Shown here one piece after another: positions 20,466 to 30,140 of a stretch of 64,000 nt of DNA. The DNA lies in the NCBI GenBank assembly GCA_903842235.1, contig CAIMLG010000059.1, positions 14,125 through 78,124 on the forward strand, given 5' to 3'. The DNA is from an uncultured Verrucomicrobia subdivision 3 bacterium. Lineage in GTDB: Bacteria; Verrucomicrobiota; Verrucomicrobiia; Limisphaerales; UBA11358. Under the pieces are notes generated by a model that searched no databases, was not told the origin of the DNA, and worked only from the letters and a program-made list of their open reading frames with translations. Each line of letters begins with the position of its first letter. The first letter of the stretch is position 1. Both the position numbers and the translations under genes were made by a program.

Positions 20466-21383
20466 TCAAAAGGTATAGCTGGCGCTCAACTTGAACAACA
20501 CCGGAGCGACCAATTGATTGCCGGCGACGTTTTGATAGACCGGGATTTCCACGTCCGCGTAAATGCTCACTGGCCGGAGATTAAATTCAATTCCCGGCGC
20601 GAGCAGCACGCGCTGGTATCCGGAGTCGGCAGGCGCGGCGGCAGCGCCATTGTCGCGCCCCCGCCAGACGCTGATCACCTGCGCGACGGGCGAAATTGCC
20701 ACGCGGCCGAGCGACAGGCCGTCGTAGTAAATGCCCGTCGCGGCATCGGCTTCCATTCCGGGCCGGAAATCGCCCTGCTGGGCCACGGGCAAAGCCATTT
20801 GCGCCTGCGCGAACCAATTCCACCGCAGGCTGCCGGCGAGGCTGGCGCGGTGAAATCCACCAAACAGCAGATCCGTGCTGCCGGAGCCGATCTGCGTGTC
20901 CCGGTCAAGGTCGCCCAGCGCCTCGGTGTGCGAGTGGCTGGCCGTGGGCAGCTTCACGCCGAAGGTCAGACCGCTGGACCAATCGTCCGAAAAGCCGGTG
21001 TAAATGCCGCGCAGCCGGAGGTCGCCCACGCCGGTCCAGTTTAGCGAACCGGCATTTTCAGCCGAATCGAACGTGCGGTTGACCAGCGGCAGCTCAATCT
21101 TCGCGCCCCAACTGCGATTGAACATATATTGCAGGCCGAGGGTGACGGTGTGCGTCTCAATTTTCTGGTCATTATTGTCCGCGCCGGGCGCGGACGAGGT
21201 GCCGCTCCAGTTTTCGTTCTGATTTTGGAAATCATAGTTCAGAAACGCGGTGCCGCCCTCGCGTTCCGGCATCAGCGAACTGGTGGCCACGTCAAAGATG
21301 CCACAGCCGCAGGCGCAGGCCTGGACCGCGCCTGGGGCCAAAACGACCGCCAATAGGTTGAGTTGAATAATTTGTTTCTTCAT
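20466..21383 (-). CDS. outer-membrane beta-barrel protein, putative metal channel
   Basis: Signal peptide MKKQIIQLNLLAVVLAPGAVQA is followed by CACGCG. Alternating-strand pattern, ending ...KLSASYTF. First gene of the SCO operon. Confidence 0.7.
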   Translation of the reverse strand: MKKQIIQLNLLAVVLAPGAVQACACGCGIFDVATSSLMPEREGGTAFLNYDFQNQNENWSGTSSAPGADNNDQKIETHTVTLGLQYMFNRSWGAKIELPLVNRTFDSAENAGSLNWTGVGDLRLRGIYTGFSDDWSSGLTFGVKLPTASHSHTEALGDLDRDTQIGSGSTDLLFGGFHRASLAGSLRWNWFAQAQMALPVAQQGDFRPGMEADAATGIYYDGLSLGRVAISPVAQVISVWRGRDNGAAAAPADSGYQRVLLAPGIEFNLRPVSIYADVEIPVYQNVAGNQLVAPVLFKLSASYTF

Positions 21384-21894
21384 TTTGGTTTTTGAATTTG
21401 GCTGGATGGTTGTCAGAAAATCCATTTTTCACTGTGCCAGCAAAGGGTATCACAAGTCGAGCGACGACGATGAATAGGTTGTGGTGTCCACGAGGAGCGG
21501 CACGGGGTTGGTCATCATCACATGAAGCGGGCGGGCGGCAGCATGATGCGAAACGACTGGAATGACCATGGTGCCCGGCATCGGAACATGCGTCAGGACA
21601 GCGGAGGAAATGCCAGACCCGCCCGGTGCGGTAAAAACCGCGGTTGGATCAGGCGAAGAAACGGCGGGGCGGCGGCACCGGGGACCGGTTAGAAACGGTT
21701 TCGGCAAAGGAATCCGGGCGCAAATTGTTTACCAGCATCGTCGTCCAAGCGACCGACTGGAGCACGGCCCAGTGTGCGCCGGCCCATGACCTCCAGCACG
21801 GAGATGACAATTATTTTGACCAGCAAACCGACACACCAGCAGTTTATGAAATGATAAGCAGTGGTCACGCTGGTTTGCGGTCGGGCCGGGAAAG

Positions 21895-22827
21895 TTAGGG
21901 AAGGACGATCGGTGAAGACCCATACAGGCGGAAAAATTGGACCGGGCCCGCCGGGGCCACGAGGTTGGTATGCCAATGATCATCCCCAAGAATAGTGAGG
22001 CTATTACCTTCCGAATCAAGCACGGCGGACCAATTGGCATCCGCGCCCAGCGAGGCGGATTGCTCAAGGTTGTATTGCATGAAATAATAGCCGTCCGCCT
22101 GAAGGAAACCACTGGGGGCAACAAACGTGAGCTGCGTGCCATCGCTTTGCTGGGTGACCCCGGCAAGGGTGCAGTCCGCTTGATAATTAAGCTCAAACGG
22201 CTCGGAAGGCAGGCATTGCGGCCCCCCCTCTGGACCATTGGTGGAGGTGTCCACCAATTGCCACGTCAGCTGGTAAAGGCCGGGCTTCGTAAAACCAAAA
22301 ACCCGGTTCTGGATCAAGCCATAAGGATCATTGGTGGGCGTGTTGGAGGCTTGGGTGATCTGGATCAGGTTGGTGTCACCGCTGAACGGAACCGGCACGC
22401 TCCAAGTCAGATTGGTGCCGAAGGAACCGTCCTCGTTCCCTTCCCAAAAGGCAAAACGGGCGCCCGCCGGACCGGTGATGTTCAGTAATTTTAATTGAAT
22501 TACCGTGCCCAGCGCCGCCGCCCCGTCAGCCGGGCCGCCGTTGTCGCTGGTGGCGGGAAGGGCGTTGAAAACCTGAACGGCGTTATAATAGTAGCCGACG
22601 TAGGGATACGAATAGGAATTTCGATCCGCACCCACGGTGTAATCGAAACACGCCCCGGAAACGGTGGAGAAACAATAACCGCTGGCAGCAAGGTAATTGC
22701 CGGCGGTTTCAAAGACGAGTGCGGCTCCGGGAAGATTCGCGGTGGCGCCAAACACCAGTTGTTGCTGATCCTGGGCCGGCAGCTGGTTCCCCAGCACCAA
22801 AGCCATCAAAACAAATATTCTTTTCAT
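21895..22827 (-). CDS. secreted hypothetical protein
   Basis: ATG 22827 gives signal peptide MKRIFVLMALVLGNQLPAQ. No family recognised. C-terminus is ...GPVQFFRLYGSSPIVLP. Confidence 0.7.
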   Translation of the reverse strand: MKRIFVLMALVLGNQLPAQDQQQLVFGATANLPGAALVFETAGNYLAASGYCFSTVSGACFDYTVGADRNSYSYPYVGYYYNAVQVFNALPATSDNGGPADGAAALGTVIQLKLLNITGPAGARFAFWEGNEDGSFGTNLTWSVPVPFSGDTNLIQITQASNTPTNDPYGLIQNRVFGFTKPGLYQLTWQLVDTSTNGPEGGPQCLPSEPFELNYQADCTLAGVTQQSDGTQLTFVAPSGFLQADGYYFMQYNLEQSASLGADANWSAVLDSEGNSLTILGDDHWHTNLVAPAGPVQFFRLYGSSPIVLP

Positions 22828-22882
22828 GGTTATTCCAGCGGTTGATACATTTTGAACCTTGCCGGTATTGTTCTCCCCGATT

Positions 22883-22899
22883 AGCCGTAAAAATGCCAG
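22883..22899 (-). promoter_or_regulatory. weak sigma-54-like -24/-12 element
   Basis: The minus strand reads cTGGCAtttttacgGCt (GG-N10-GC spacing correct), about 55 nt upstream of ATG 22827. Confidence 0.2.
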
Positions 22900-22997
22900 C
22901 CTAAATTTAGGCCCCAAACCCTGGGATGGGAGACGCGGGTGTCCCCAAAAAGTCCAGAACCCGTTTGAATGGGACATTCCGACGGGCTTTTCCCCGC

Positions 22998-23609
22998 TCA
23001 TTCGGATGAAATCCAGACCAGCGTGCCGGCGGGCAGCCGATCAAACAGCCAAACCAGGTCTGCGTCCGCCAGATGAATGCACCCATGCGACGCCGGTTCG
23101 CCGATGGATTCCTGAGTGGCGGTGCCGTGAATATAAATATAGCGGCGATGGGAATCCACCGGGCCGTCGCGGTTGAAGCCCGGCTCCAGCCCTTCCAGCC
23201 ATAGAATGCGCGTGGTGATCTTGGCCGCCGCATGCTCCGGCTGCGAGGTGTGGCCGATCACCTGGCGCGATTGGAACACGGTGCCGGGCGGCTCGCCGCC
23301 GCCGATTTTTTCCGCGATGCGGTGCAGGCCCAGCGGCGTGCTATTGGAGCCCGCGATCTGCCCGATGCCAAAGCGCGAGGTGGAACAGGGAAAGGCTTTC
23401 ACCGACTGGCCGTGCTGAAACAAAGTGACCGTCTGCCGAGAAACCCTCACGACCAATAGGAATTCCGTGGGCGCCACCTGCAGGCGTTCACAGGTGGCCC
23501 GACACGCTTCCGGCAATGGAGAATCAAGGTTCATACAATGCGGTCCCGCACATCCGGGAGCCAGCCAGACGCCCGCGCTCATGATCGCCATGAGAACGCT
23601 GCGGCGCAT
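22998..23609 (-). CDS. L,D-transpeptidase (YkuD domain) lipoprotein
   Basis: ...YIYIHGTATQESIGEPASHGCIHLADADL catalytic His/Cys motif; N-terminal VWLAPGC lipobox-like. Confidence 0.85.
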   Translation of the reverse strand: MRRSVLMAIMSAGVWLAPGCAGPHCMNLDSPLPEACRATCERLQVAPTEFLLVVRVSRQTVTLFQHGQSVKAFPCSTSRFGIGQIAGSNSTPLGLHRIAEKIGGGEPPGTVFQSRQVIGHTSQPEHAAAKITTRILWLEGLEPGFNRDGPVDSHRRYIYIHGTATQESIGEPASHGCIHLADADLVWLFDRLPAGTLVWISSE

Positions 23610-23613
23610 GGAG

Positions 23614-24900
23614 TCAGGGCTTGGTCAGTTTTTTCACCAGCACTTTGGAGTTGCGGCCGCTGGCGTCGTATTTCTCGCGACGGCCGGGAGGCAGATCGTC
23701 CGGCGTGCCTTCGCTGAAGCCGCCCTTGGACTGGAAATAGGTGAACGCCTGCGTCGAAAGCGTCAGCAATTCGCTCAGGCCCATTTCACGCGCCTTGTTT
23801 TCCACAAACTGGATCAGCTTCTTGCCGATGCCGTGGTTTTCATGGGCCGGGTTGACGTAGAGGCAGGCGAGCTCGCCTTGCTTCTGTTCGGGATACACGT
23901 GCAGCGCCACGCAGGCGACCGGGTTTTTATCAATTTCAAAAATGAAATAGTCGCCGAGATTCTTTTCGATCATCGGCCGCGTCCGCTTAACCAGCTCCTC
24001 AGACTCGACGGCCGCCTTGGTCAGCAACTGGATCGCCCGCACGTCCTTTTTCAGGGCCCGCCGGATCTGCTGATATTCGTTGGCGTAAATGAGCGTGCCG
24101 ATGCCGTCGTTGGAAAACACCTCCGCCAGCAGGCCCTCATCCACCCGCCCGTTGATGACGTGCACCCGCGGAATGCCGGCCTTGCAGGCGGCCACGGTGT
24201 GCAGTGCCTTGGATTGCTGCTCGGGCGTGATGTCGTTTTTTTGCAGCGCCAGCACGGATTCAAAATCCGCCAGGAGCATCTGCCGGATGAGCCGGCCCTG
24301 CACCAGAATGCCGTCCTGCGGGCTGATGAACATGAGCTTGACCGCCTTGAGCGCCTCGGCCACGGCCACGGCCACGCTGTCGGAGTTCACCCGATACGTC
24401 TTGCCATCGCCGTCGAACCCGAGCGGCGGGATGATGGGCACGATGCCCTGCGCGAGCAGCGTCTGAAGCAACTCCACATCCACCCGCTCCACCTTGCCGG
24501 TGAAGAGATGGTCCACGCCCTGAAGAATGCCGAGCGGATGCGCGATGATGGCGTTGGGGCAGACGGCGCGGAGGTCGTTGGCGGACAGGCCTTCGAGAAT
24601 CTCGTGGGTGAGCCGGTTGGCTGCGTCCATGGCGAGCTGCAACGTCGGCGCGTCGGTGATGCCGGTCCCGTCGCAATTGGACGGCTTGAGCCCGTGCTTT
24701 TCCGCGAGCGCCCGGATCTGGGCCGAGGCGCCGTGGACGAGCACCACGCGGATGTTCAAGGACCGCAGCACGGCCACGTCCAGCAGGAGGGTGGCGAAGT
24801 TTTCGTCCGTGACGATGGCGCCATCCAGCGCGAGGACAAAGGTCCGCTCGCGGAATTGCGGAATGTATTGCAGGATGCCCCGCAGATCGGTTGGTTTCAT
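23614..24900 (-). CDS. argA: amino-acid N-acetyltransferase (N-acetylglutamate synthase)
   Basis: N-terminal amino-acid-kinase fold (RTFVLALDGAIV...RVVLVHGA) plus C-terminal GNAT (HENHGIGKKLIQFVENKA); 428 aa. Confidence 0.9.
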   Translation of the reverse strand: MKPTDLRGILQYIPQFRERTFVLALDGAIVTDENFATLLLDVAVLRSLNIRVVLVHGASAQIRALAEKHGLKPSNCDGTGITDAPTLQLAMDAANRLTHEILEGLSANDLRAVCPNAIIAHPLGILQGVDHLFTGKVERVDVELLQTLLAQGIVPIIPPLGFDGDGKTYRVNSDSVAVAVAEALKAVKLMFISPQDGILVQGRLIRQMLLADFESVLALQKNDITPEQQSKALHTVAACKAGIPRVHVINGRVDEGLLAEVFSNDGIGTLIYANEYQQIRRALKKDVRAIQLLTKAAVESEELVKRTRPMIEKNLGDYFIFEIDKNPVACVALHVYPEQKQGELACLYVNPAHENHGIGKKLIQFVENKAREMGLSELLTLSTQAFTYFQSKGGFSEGTPDDLPPGRREKYDASGRNSKVLVKKLTKP

Positions 24901-25158
24901 TTCAGCGAGGAATAACTAACCGGTTTTGGCCGCGATTCAACAACTAATTTCACCCCCGCCTAATCCAAGAGAGGCCGGCGGCCAACTCACGCATGAAGCG
25001 GGTTGCGGTGGCGCTTAATTCCACAAAATCCTGCCGGGCCAACGCCGTTTCCAAAACGGTCAGGTTGGCGGTAAGGAGGCGCGCCGCAAACCGTTTCCCA
25101 GACGGAATGGTTCCACGTCCGCCCTCATCCCGAGCCTGCTCCCCAGGGAGAAGGAGAA

Positions 25159-25197
25159 ACGGGCGCCCGGCCAAAGCGCCAGAGGGCGGGCGCCCGT
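25159..25197 (-). terminator. GC-rich hairpin downstream of the hydrolase gene (candidate terminator)
   Basis: 11-bp stem acgggcgcccg/cgggcgcccgt with a 17-nt loop. On the minus strand it is followed by gtttctccttctcc. Confidence 0.35.
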
Positions 25198-25287
25198 CAG
25201 GACGCGGCGCGCGGTTCCGAGGCCAGCGCGCCAGCGTCTGGAAGGGCGGATGGTCCGCCCGGCGGTTTTTCCAGCCGCGTAACCAGG

Positions 25288-26976
25288 TCAGGGCACCAGC
25301 CAAGCGCGATAAAATTGGCGGCCGGAGCTGATCGGCACCGGATTGGTGTAGAGCCAACTACTCGCGGTCAACGTATTCGTGGCCAGCGGCAGCCAGGTCT
25401 GCAAGTCCGCCGAAGTTTGCAGCACGATCGTTTGCCCGGAAACGCCATTCACGCCAAGGCGGAATTGGGTGCTGCTCAATTTGGCCGCCCCTAAAACCGG
25501 CGGCTGAGAACTGGCAGCGACGGTCAGCAGTTCGGGCGTGTAAAGATAGCGCACGTGTTGGCCATCGCTGATGCGGGCATAAACGGCGTAGGTGCCCGGC
25601 GCCATATTCGTCGTGGGCAAGCCCAGGTTGGCATAATAGTTCACCGCCGCCGTGCCCGAAGCGGGGGGCGACAAGGTCAGCACGGCGACGCTGTTGGAAT
25701 TGCAGGGATTGAAGTCCCGGTCGAAATAGATTTGGGCCGTTAAATTGGAGGCGCCGCCGTATTGATAATACAAAGTGGCGCCGACCGAATTGCCCGGCAC
25801 CACCGGATTGGTCCCATTGAGGTTGAACCGGAGGAGGTTCGGCCAGGTGCCGTTGTTGACGGGCAAGGCCGTGCGATTCGGCGTGGAACTGCCGGCGCCC
25901 AAATCCCAATATTGATTGTAGCCGTCGCGAAGAGCCGGGTAGCCGCCCCCTTCGGGCTGGAGCGTATTGGTGCGATTGCCGTGACCGATCAGGCTGTAAA
26001 GAAAGCCCGTGTTCGTCCCGGCAGCCTCATAGGCCGTCCACCAAGCTGAGCGCTCCGTACCGGTGAGGGAAGGATTCGAGGGATCGCCATCACTCGTGGG
26101 AACGGCAAAATCCAGCGTGCCGTGATACCAGAGGTGCACATTCGAATGTTTGGGCGAAACCGAGCTGGTATTGCCGTAACCCCCCGAAAGCGTGTGCAAC
26201 TGCCGATTGTAGGCGCCATTGACCCACTCGCCATCGGGATCCAAAAACACCCCGAGATTCTGCCAATAATTATCGTGGTAGAGCACATTGGCGTAGGTGT
26301 TCGCGGCGGAGGCATCGGTCGGCATGAACAATTCAGAATTCCCATCATTGTTTAAGGGATGCGGATCCAGCGTGGTCAAATGATCCACCCAAACCCCATT
26401 CGTGCCTAGGAGCCGGCTGATTTCATTGATAAGCGAACCGCCGCGACTGTGGCCGATCAGGTGCAGGGGAAACTCCACCAGCGCGTGGCCGCCCAAGTCG
26501 GCAATCGTGTTGGTCTGCAGAAGGAGCGTGCTGGCTGCCGCCGCCACTTTGTAGGTGCTGATATTATACGCGGCGCCCCCGCCGGCCATCTGGCTCCAGT
26601 CCAGTTTGACAATGATTTCCCCGGAATCCGTATTGGTGGGACTGGTTCCGGCGACGCGCGACCACTGGTAAAAAATACTGGTGCCGTCGGTGGTCAGCGT
26701 CAATTTGTAGGTGGTGGAATTGGTGCCCGGAAACCCCGGATAATTGGTGAGGCGACTGGCCAGGCCCGAAATCCAGCCATCGACATTCCCACCGAAGCCG
26801 TGAGTGATAATGGTCACGCCGGCGGCTTTGGCAGCCGGGGAGATAAAAATGCTGAGAACCAGCAGCGCCACCCAACATAACTTTTTTCGGGCCCGCCCAA
26901 GGGAAGCCGGACGGGCGGGGACGGGACAGCGCGGGCGTCCAACCCGAAGGGCTTTTGTTGGCATGGTCGGCATCAT
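25288..26976 (-). CDS. secreted alpha/beta-hydrolase (lipase-like) with C-terminal W...FYR module
   Basis: TM/signal [21 protein letters not shown]; ITHGFGGN; nucleophile elbow LIGHSRGG; ends ...[11 protein letters not shown]...[10 protein letters not shown]. First ATG 26976 (track TTG 27015). Confidence 0.8.
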   Translation of the reverse strand: MMPTMPTKALRVGRPRCPVPARPASLGRARKKLCWVALLVLSIFISPAAKAAGVTIITHGFGGNVDGWISGLASRLTNYPGFPGTNSTTYKLTLTTDGTSIFYQWSRVAGTSPTNTDSGEIIVKLDWSQMAGGGAAYNISTYKVAAAASTLLLQTNTIADLGGHALVEFPLHLIGHSRGGSLINEISRLLGTNGVWVDHLTTLDPHPLNNDGNSELFMPTDASAANTYANVLYHDNYWQNLGVFLDPDGEWVNGAYNRQLHTLSGGYGNTSSVSPKHSNVHLWYHGTLDFAVPTSDGDPSNPSLTGTERSAWWTAYEAAGTNTGFLYSLIGHGNRTNTLQPEGGGYPALRDGYNQYWDLGAGSSTPNRTALPVNNGTWPNLLRFNLNGTNPVVPGNSVGATLYYQYGGASNLTAQIYFDRDFNPCNSNSVAVLTLSPPASGTAAVNYYANLGLPTTNMAPGTYAVYARISDGQHVRYLYTPELLTVAASSQPPVLGAAKLSSTQFRLGVNGVSGQTIVLQTSADLQTWLPLATNTLTASSWLYTNPVPISSGRQFYRAWLVP

Positions 26977-27063
26977 TCCCGGTATCTCTTTACCACGAGA
27001 TCCGCGAATGAGCAAATGCCGGCCCCTGCTTTAAGGGCGGCGGGCGAAAAGTTTGGGGGACGA

Positions 27064-28164
27064 CTACTTTCCCGAGCCGGCCAGCGCACCGGTCAAGGCC
27101 GCCAGGCACCGCGCATTTTCCGCCGGGGTGCCGACGGAAATGCGAATCCACTCCGGCAATTGATAGCCGCCCATCGGCCGCGGGATGACGCCCTGCCGCT
27201 GCATGGCGCCAAACACTTTCTCGCCGTCGCCCACGCGCACGAGGATGAAATTGGCGAAGGAGGGAACATATTCCAGCTTCAGCTGGCGGAACGCCTGAGC
27301 GAAAAATTCCAGCCCAGCAAAATTATTCTGCCGGGTCCTGCGGACGTGCGCGTCGTCATCCAGCGCGGCGAGCGCGGCGGTCTGGGCCAGCAGGTTGGCG
27401 TTGAAGGGCTGGCGGATTTTTTCGAGGGCGGAAGCCAGCTCCGGCGCGGCGATGCCGTAGCCGATCCGCAGGCCGGCCAGGCCGTAAATCTTGGAGAACG
27501 TCCGCAGCAGGATCAGATTTTTCCGCGCGCCGAGGCGAAGGAGCGGAATCAAATCCACCGGATCCGACAAGAATTCTAGATACGCCTCGTCCATCGCCAG
27601 CAGGACGTGATCGGGCACCTCGTTGACGAACCGGATGAGGTCCGCCCGCGCCGCGAGCGTGCCTGTGGGGTTGTTGGGATTCGCCACAAAGACGATCCGC
27701 GTGCGCGGCGTGATGGCCCGGAGCAGGGCGGGCAGATCGTGGCCGTAGGCTTTGGCGGGCACGGTGACGACATCCGCGCCGAACATTTTCGCGACGATGG
27801 GATAAATCGCGAAACAGTATTGGGACACGACGATATCCGTGCCCGGCCCGAGCAGCGCGTGGCCGATGAATTCGATGATCTCGTTGGAGCCGTTCCCGAG
27901 AACGAGGTGCGCGGTCTCGACGCCGAGCTTGGCGGCAAGTTTTTGCTTGAGGTAAAACGCATTGCCATCGGGGTAAAGGTTCACGCCGGGCAGGGCTTTT
28001 TGCAACGCCGCCAAGGCAAGCGGCGACGGCCCGAAAGGGTTTTCGTTGGACGCGACCTTGATGATGGAAGCGGCGGGCAGGCCGAGTTCACGGGCGACTT
28101 CTTCAATCGGGCGGCCCGGCTGGTAGGTGGGAAGGGATTTGAGGAAGGAGGCGAGGGGGAGCAT
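27064..28164 (-). CDS. hisC: histidinol-phosphate aminotransferase
   Basis: VASNENPFGPSP, FSKIYGLAGLRIGY (PLP-Lys region); 366 aa. Confidence 0.9.
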   Translation of the reverse strand: MLPLASFLKSLPTYQPGRPIEEVARELGLPAASIIKVASNENPFGPSPLALAALQKALPGVNLYPDGNAFYLKQKLAAKLGVETAHLVLGNGSNEIIEFIGHALLGPGTDIVVSQYCFAIYPIVAKMFGADVVTVPAKAYGHDLPALLRAITPRTRIVFVANPNNPTGTLAARADLIRFVNEVPDHVLLAMDEAYLEFLSDPVDLIPLLRLGARKNLILLRTFSKIYGLAGLRIGYGIAAPELASALEKIRQPFNANLLAQTAALAALDDDAHVRRTRQNNFAGLEFFAQAFRQLKLEYVPSFANFILVRVGDGEKVFGAMQRQGVIPRPMGGYQLPEWIRISVGTPAENARCLAALTGALAGSGK

Positions 28165-28172
28165 AAATTTTT

Positions 28173-29228
28173 CTAGTCGCCCGGCAGTTGGGCGTCCGCG
28201 CCGGGATACAGCTTCTGATAATCGGTGGCTTGCACGCCGATGATGGCCGCGACGCCGAGAATGTCGTGCGCGCTGGAACCGCGGGAAACGTCGGCGGCCG
28301 GGCGGTTGAAGCCGAGCAGCAGCTGGCCATAGGAATTGGCCCGGCCCACGAGCGCCACCATTTTGCTGGCGATGTTGCCGGCATTCATATCGGGAAAAAT
28401 CAACACGCTGGCGCGGCCGGCCACCTGGCTCTCGTGCAGTTTGCGCTGGGCGATTTCCGGCACCAAGGCGGCATCCACCTGGAGTTCGCCGTCAAAATCC
28501 GCCTCAATATTCAGCAGCGCCGCCTTGCGCCGCGCCTGGGCGGTGGCCGCCTGCATTTTGCCAATGGAGGGATGCGCGCCGCCGCTGCCTTTGGTGGAGA
28601 ACGAAAGCATCGCCACGCGCGGCCGCACGCCCAGCATGTGCCGGGCCAGCCGGGCAATGGAGACGGCGATGTCCGTCACCTGATCCACGGTCGGGTCGGG
28701 AATCACCCCGCAATCGCCCATGAACAGCACGCCGTCCTGACCGATGCGCGTATCCTCCACTTCCAGGACGGTGCAACCGGAAACCGCGCCGATGTCCGGC
28801 GCCGGCTTGATGATCTGGAACAACGGCCGCAACACGCTGCCGGTGATATGCGCCGCGCCGGAAACCATCCCGTCCGCCTGATGCATGGCCAGCATCATGG
28901 CGCCATAAAAATTGGGCTGCAGCAGCGCTTCCCGCGCCTCGGCCGGCTGGAGCCCTTTTTCCCGGCGCAGCCGGTAAAGGCGCTGGGCGAAATTCTCCGT
29001 ATCCTCGCTGGTGGCCGGATTGATGATGCGCAGGCCCTCGAGCGAGATTTTCAAACCCTCGGCAATTTCGTCCACCTCGGCCCGATCGCCCAGCAGAATG
29101 GGCACCCCCAGCCGCAAGGCGTAAAACTGCCGGGCCGCCTGCAAGATCCGGGGATCCGTTCCTTCCGGAAACACCACCCGCTTGGGATGCCGCTGCAATT
29201 TTTCAATGACGTTGCCGATAAAACGCAT
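28173..29228 (-). CDS. pta: phosphate acetyl/butyryl-transferase
   Basis: RVVFPEGTDPRILQAA, MVSGAAHIT, FMGDCGVIPDPT family blocks; 351 aa. Confidence 0.75.
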   Translation of the reverse strand: MRFIGNVIEKLQRHPKRVVFPEGTDPRILQAARQFYALRLGVPILLGDRAEVDEIAEGLKISLEGLRIINPATSEDTENFAQRLYRLRREKGLQPAEAREALLQPNFYGAMMLAMHQADGMVSGAAHITGSVLRPLFQIIKPAPDIGAVSGCTVLEVEDTRIGQDGVLFMGDCGVIPDPTVDQVTDIAVSIARLARHMLGVRPRVAMLSFSTKGSGGAHPSIGKMQAATAQARRKAALLNIEADFDGELQVDAALVPEIAQRKLHESQVAGRASVLIFPDMNAGNIASKMVALVGRANSYGQLLLGFNRPAADVSRGSSAHDILGVAAIIGVQATDYQKLYPGADAQLPGD

Positions 29229-29234
29229 GCCGGC

Positions 29235-29269
29235 AGTTTCGAGTTTCGAGTTTCAAGTTTCAAGTTTTG
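29235..29269. repeat. five tandem 7-bp units AGTTTCG/AGTTTCA
   Basis: agtttcg agtttcg agtttca agtttca agttttg, starting 7 nt upstream of the pta start codon. Position checked against track ORF 29051..29317. Confidence 0.9.
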
Positions 29270-29355
29270 TTTCCACGGAAAACCGGCGCCGGAAGACCGC
29301 TTCCCTTCACCTTTCATTGACTTGAAATCAAACGACCGGTAGTTTTATCCGCACA

Positions 29356-30084
29356 ATGCAGGAAATCATCGAGCAGCTGCTTATTTTGCAGGACCGCGAC
29401 CGGAAATTATTCCGCGTCACCCAGGAACTCGCCCACATCAGCCCCGAACGCGAATCGCTCAAAGCCAAGGCCGCCAGCACCCAAGGCTCGCTCGACGCCG
29501 CGAAACTCCGCGGAAAGCAGATCGAGACCGAGCGCAAACAACACGACCTGGAAATCGAGGCCAAGAAGGCCCAGATCGAAAAATACCTGAACCAGCAGTT
29601 GCTCACGCGCAAGAACGAGGAATACAAGGCGCTCACGCACGAAATCGAAATGGCCAAAGAAGTGATTTTCAAGATCGAGGACGCGCAAATCGTTTTGATG
29701 GAACGGGCCGAAGCCGTGCAAAAGGAAGTGGCCCGCGCCACCACCGAAGCCGCCGCCGCCAAAAAACTCGTGGACGACCAGATTGGCCGGCTGAACGAGC
29801 GCGAGGAGAATTTCAAGCGGGACCTCGCCGAGCTGACCAGCAGCCGCAGCCAACTGGCGGCGGTGGTGGACGAACCCACGCGCAACCGCTATGAACGCAT
29901 CTTCAAGAGCAAGGGCGAAAACGTGGTGGTGAGCGTGGAACACAGCGCCTGCGGCGGGTGCCACATGAAACTGCCGCCGCAAGTCGTGACCAGCTGCCGG
30001 GCCCAGTCGGAAATCATCACCTGCCCGAACTGCGGCCGGATCTTGTATTTCACCCGCGACATGATCCTGACGGCGGCGGACTAA
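29356..30084 (+). CDS. coiled-coil protein with C4 zinc ribbon (COG1579/DUF164-like)
   Basis: Long heptad-rich N-terminal region; C-terminal CGGCHMKLPPQ...CPNCGRILY. Confidence 0.85.
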   Translation: MQEIIEQLLILQDRDRKLFRVTQELAHISPERESLKAKAASTQGSLDAAKLRGKQIETERKQHDLEIEAKKAQIEKYLNQQLLTRKNEEYKALTHEIEMAKEVIFKIEDAQIVLMERAEAVQKEVARATTEAAAAKKLVDDQIGRLNEREENFKRDLAELTSSRSQLAAVVDEPTRNRYERIFKSKGENVVVSVEHSACGGCHMKLPPQVVTSCRAQSEIITCPNCGRILYFTRDMILTAAD

Positions 30085-30089
30085 ACCCA

Positions 30090-30140
30090 AACCGCAGTTG
30101 TATCCACAGATTTCGCGGATGTCGCAGATTTTGAGCGGTT
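30090..30140. repeat. REP-like hairpin element (AACCGCAG...GCGGTT with internal CAGATTT units)
   Basis: aaccgcagttgtatccacagatttcgcggatgtcgcagattttgagcggtt, directly after the stop at 30084. Confidence 0.6.

Noticed and set aside
21450-21707. 85-aa His/Met-containing ORF just upstream of the copper operon, tempting as a small copper-binding peptide
   Set aside because: It has no signal peptide and no recognisable motif, and it contains the palindromic aaccgcggtt repeat core. A 60-codon GTG-start ORF at 21689-21870 is equally unconvincing. Left unannotated.
24950-25357. 135-aa minus-strand ORF between argA and the hydrolase gene
   Set aside because: Its 5' half overlaps the hydrolase 3' end in another frame. 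Only the last ~45 residues look protein-like, and they lack any ATG, GTG or TTG start that would give more than ~33 aa.
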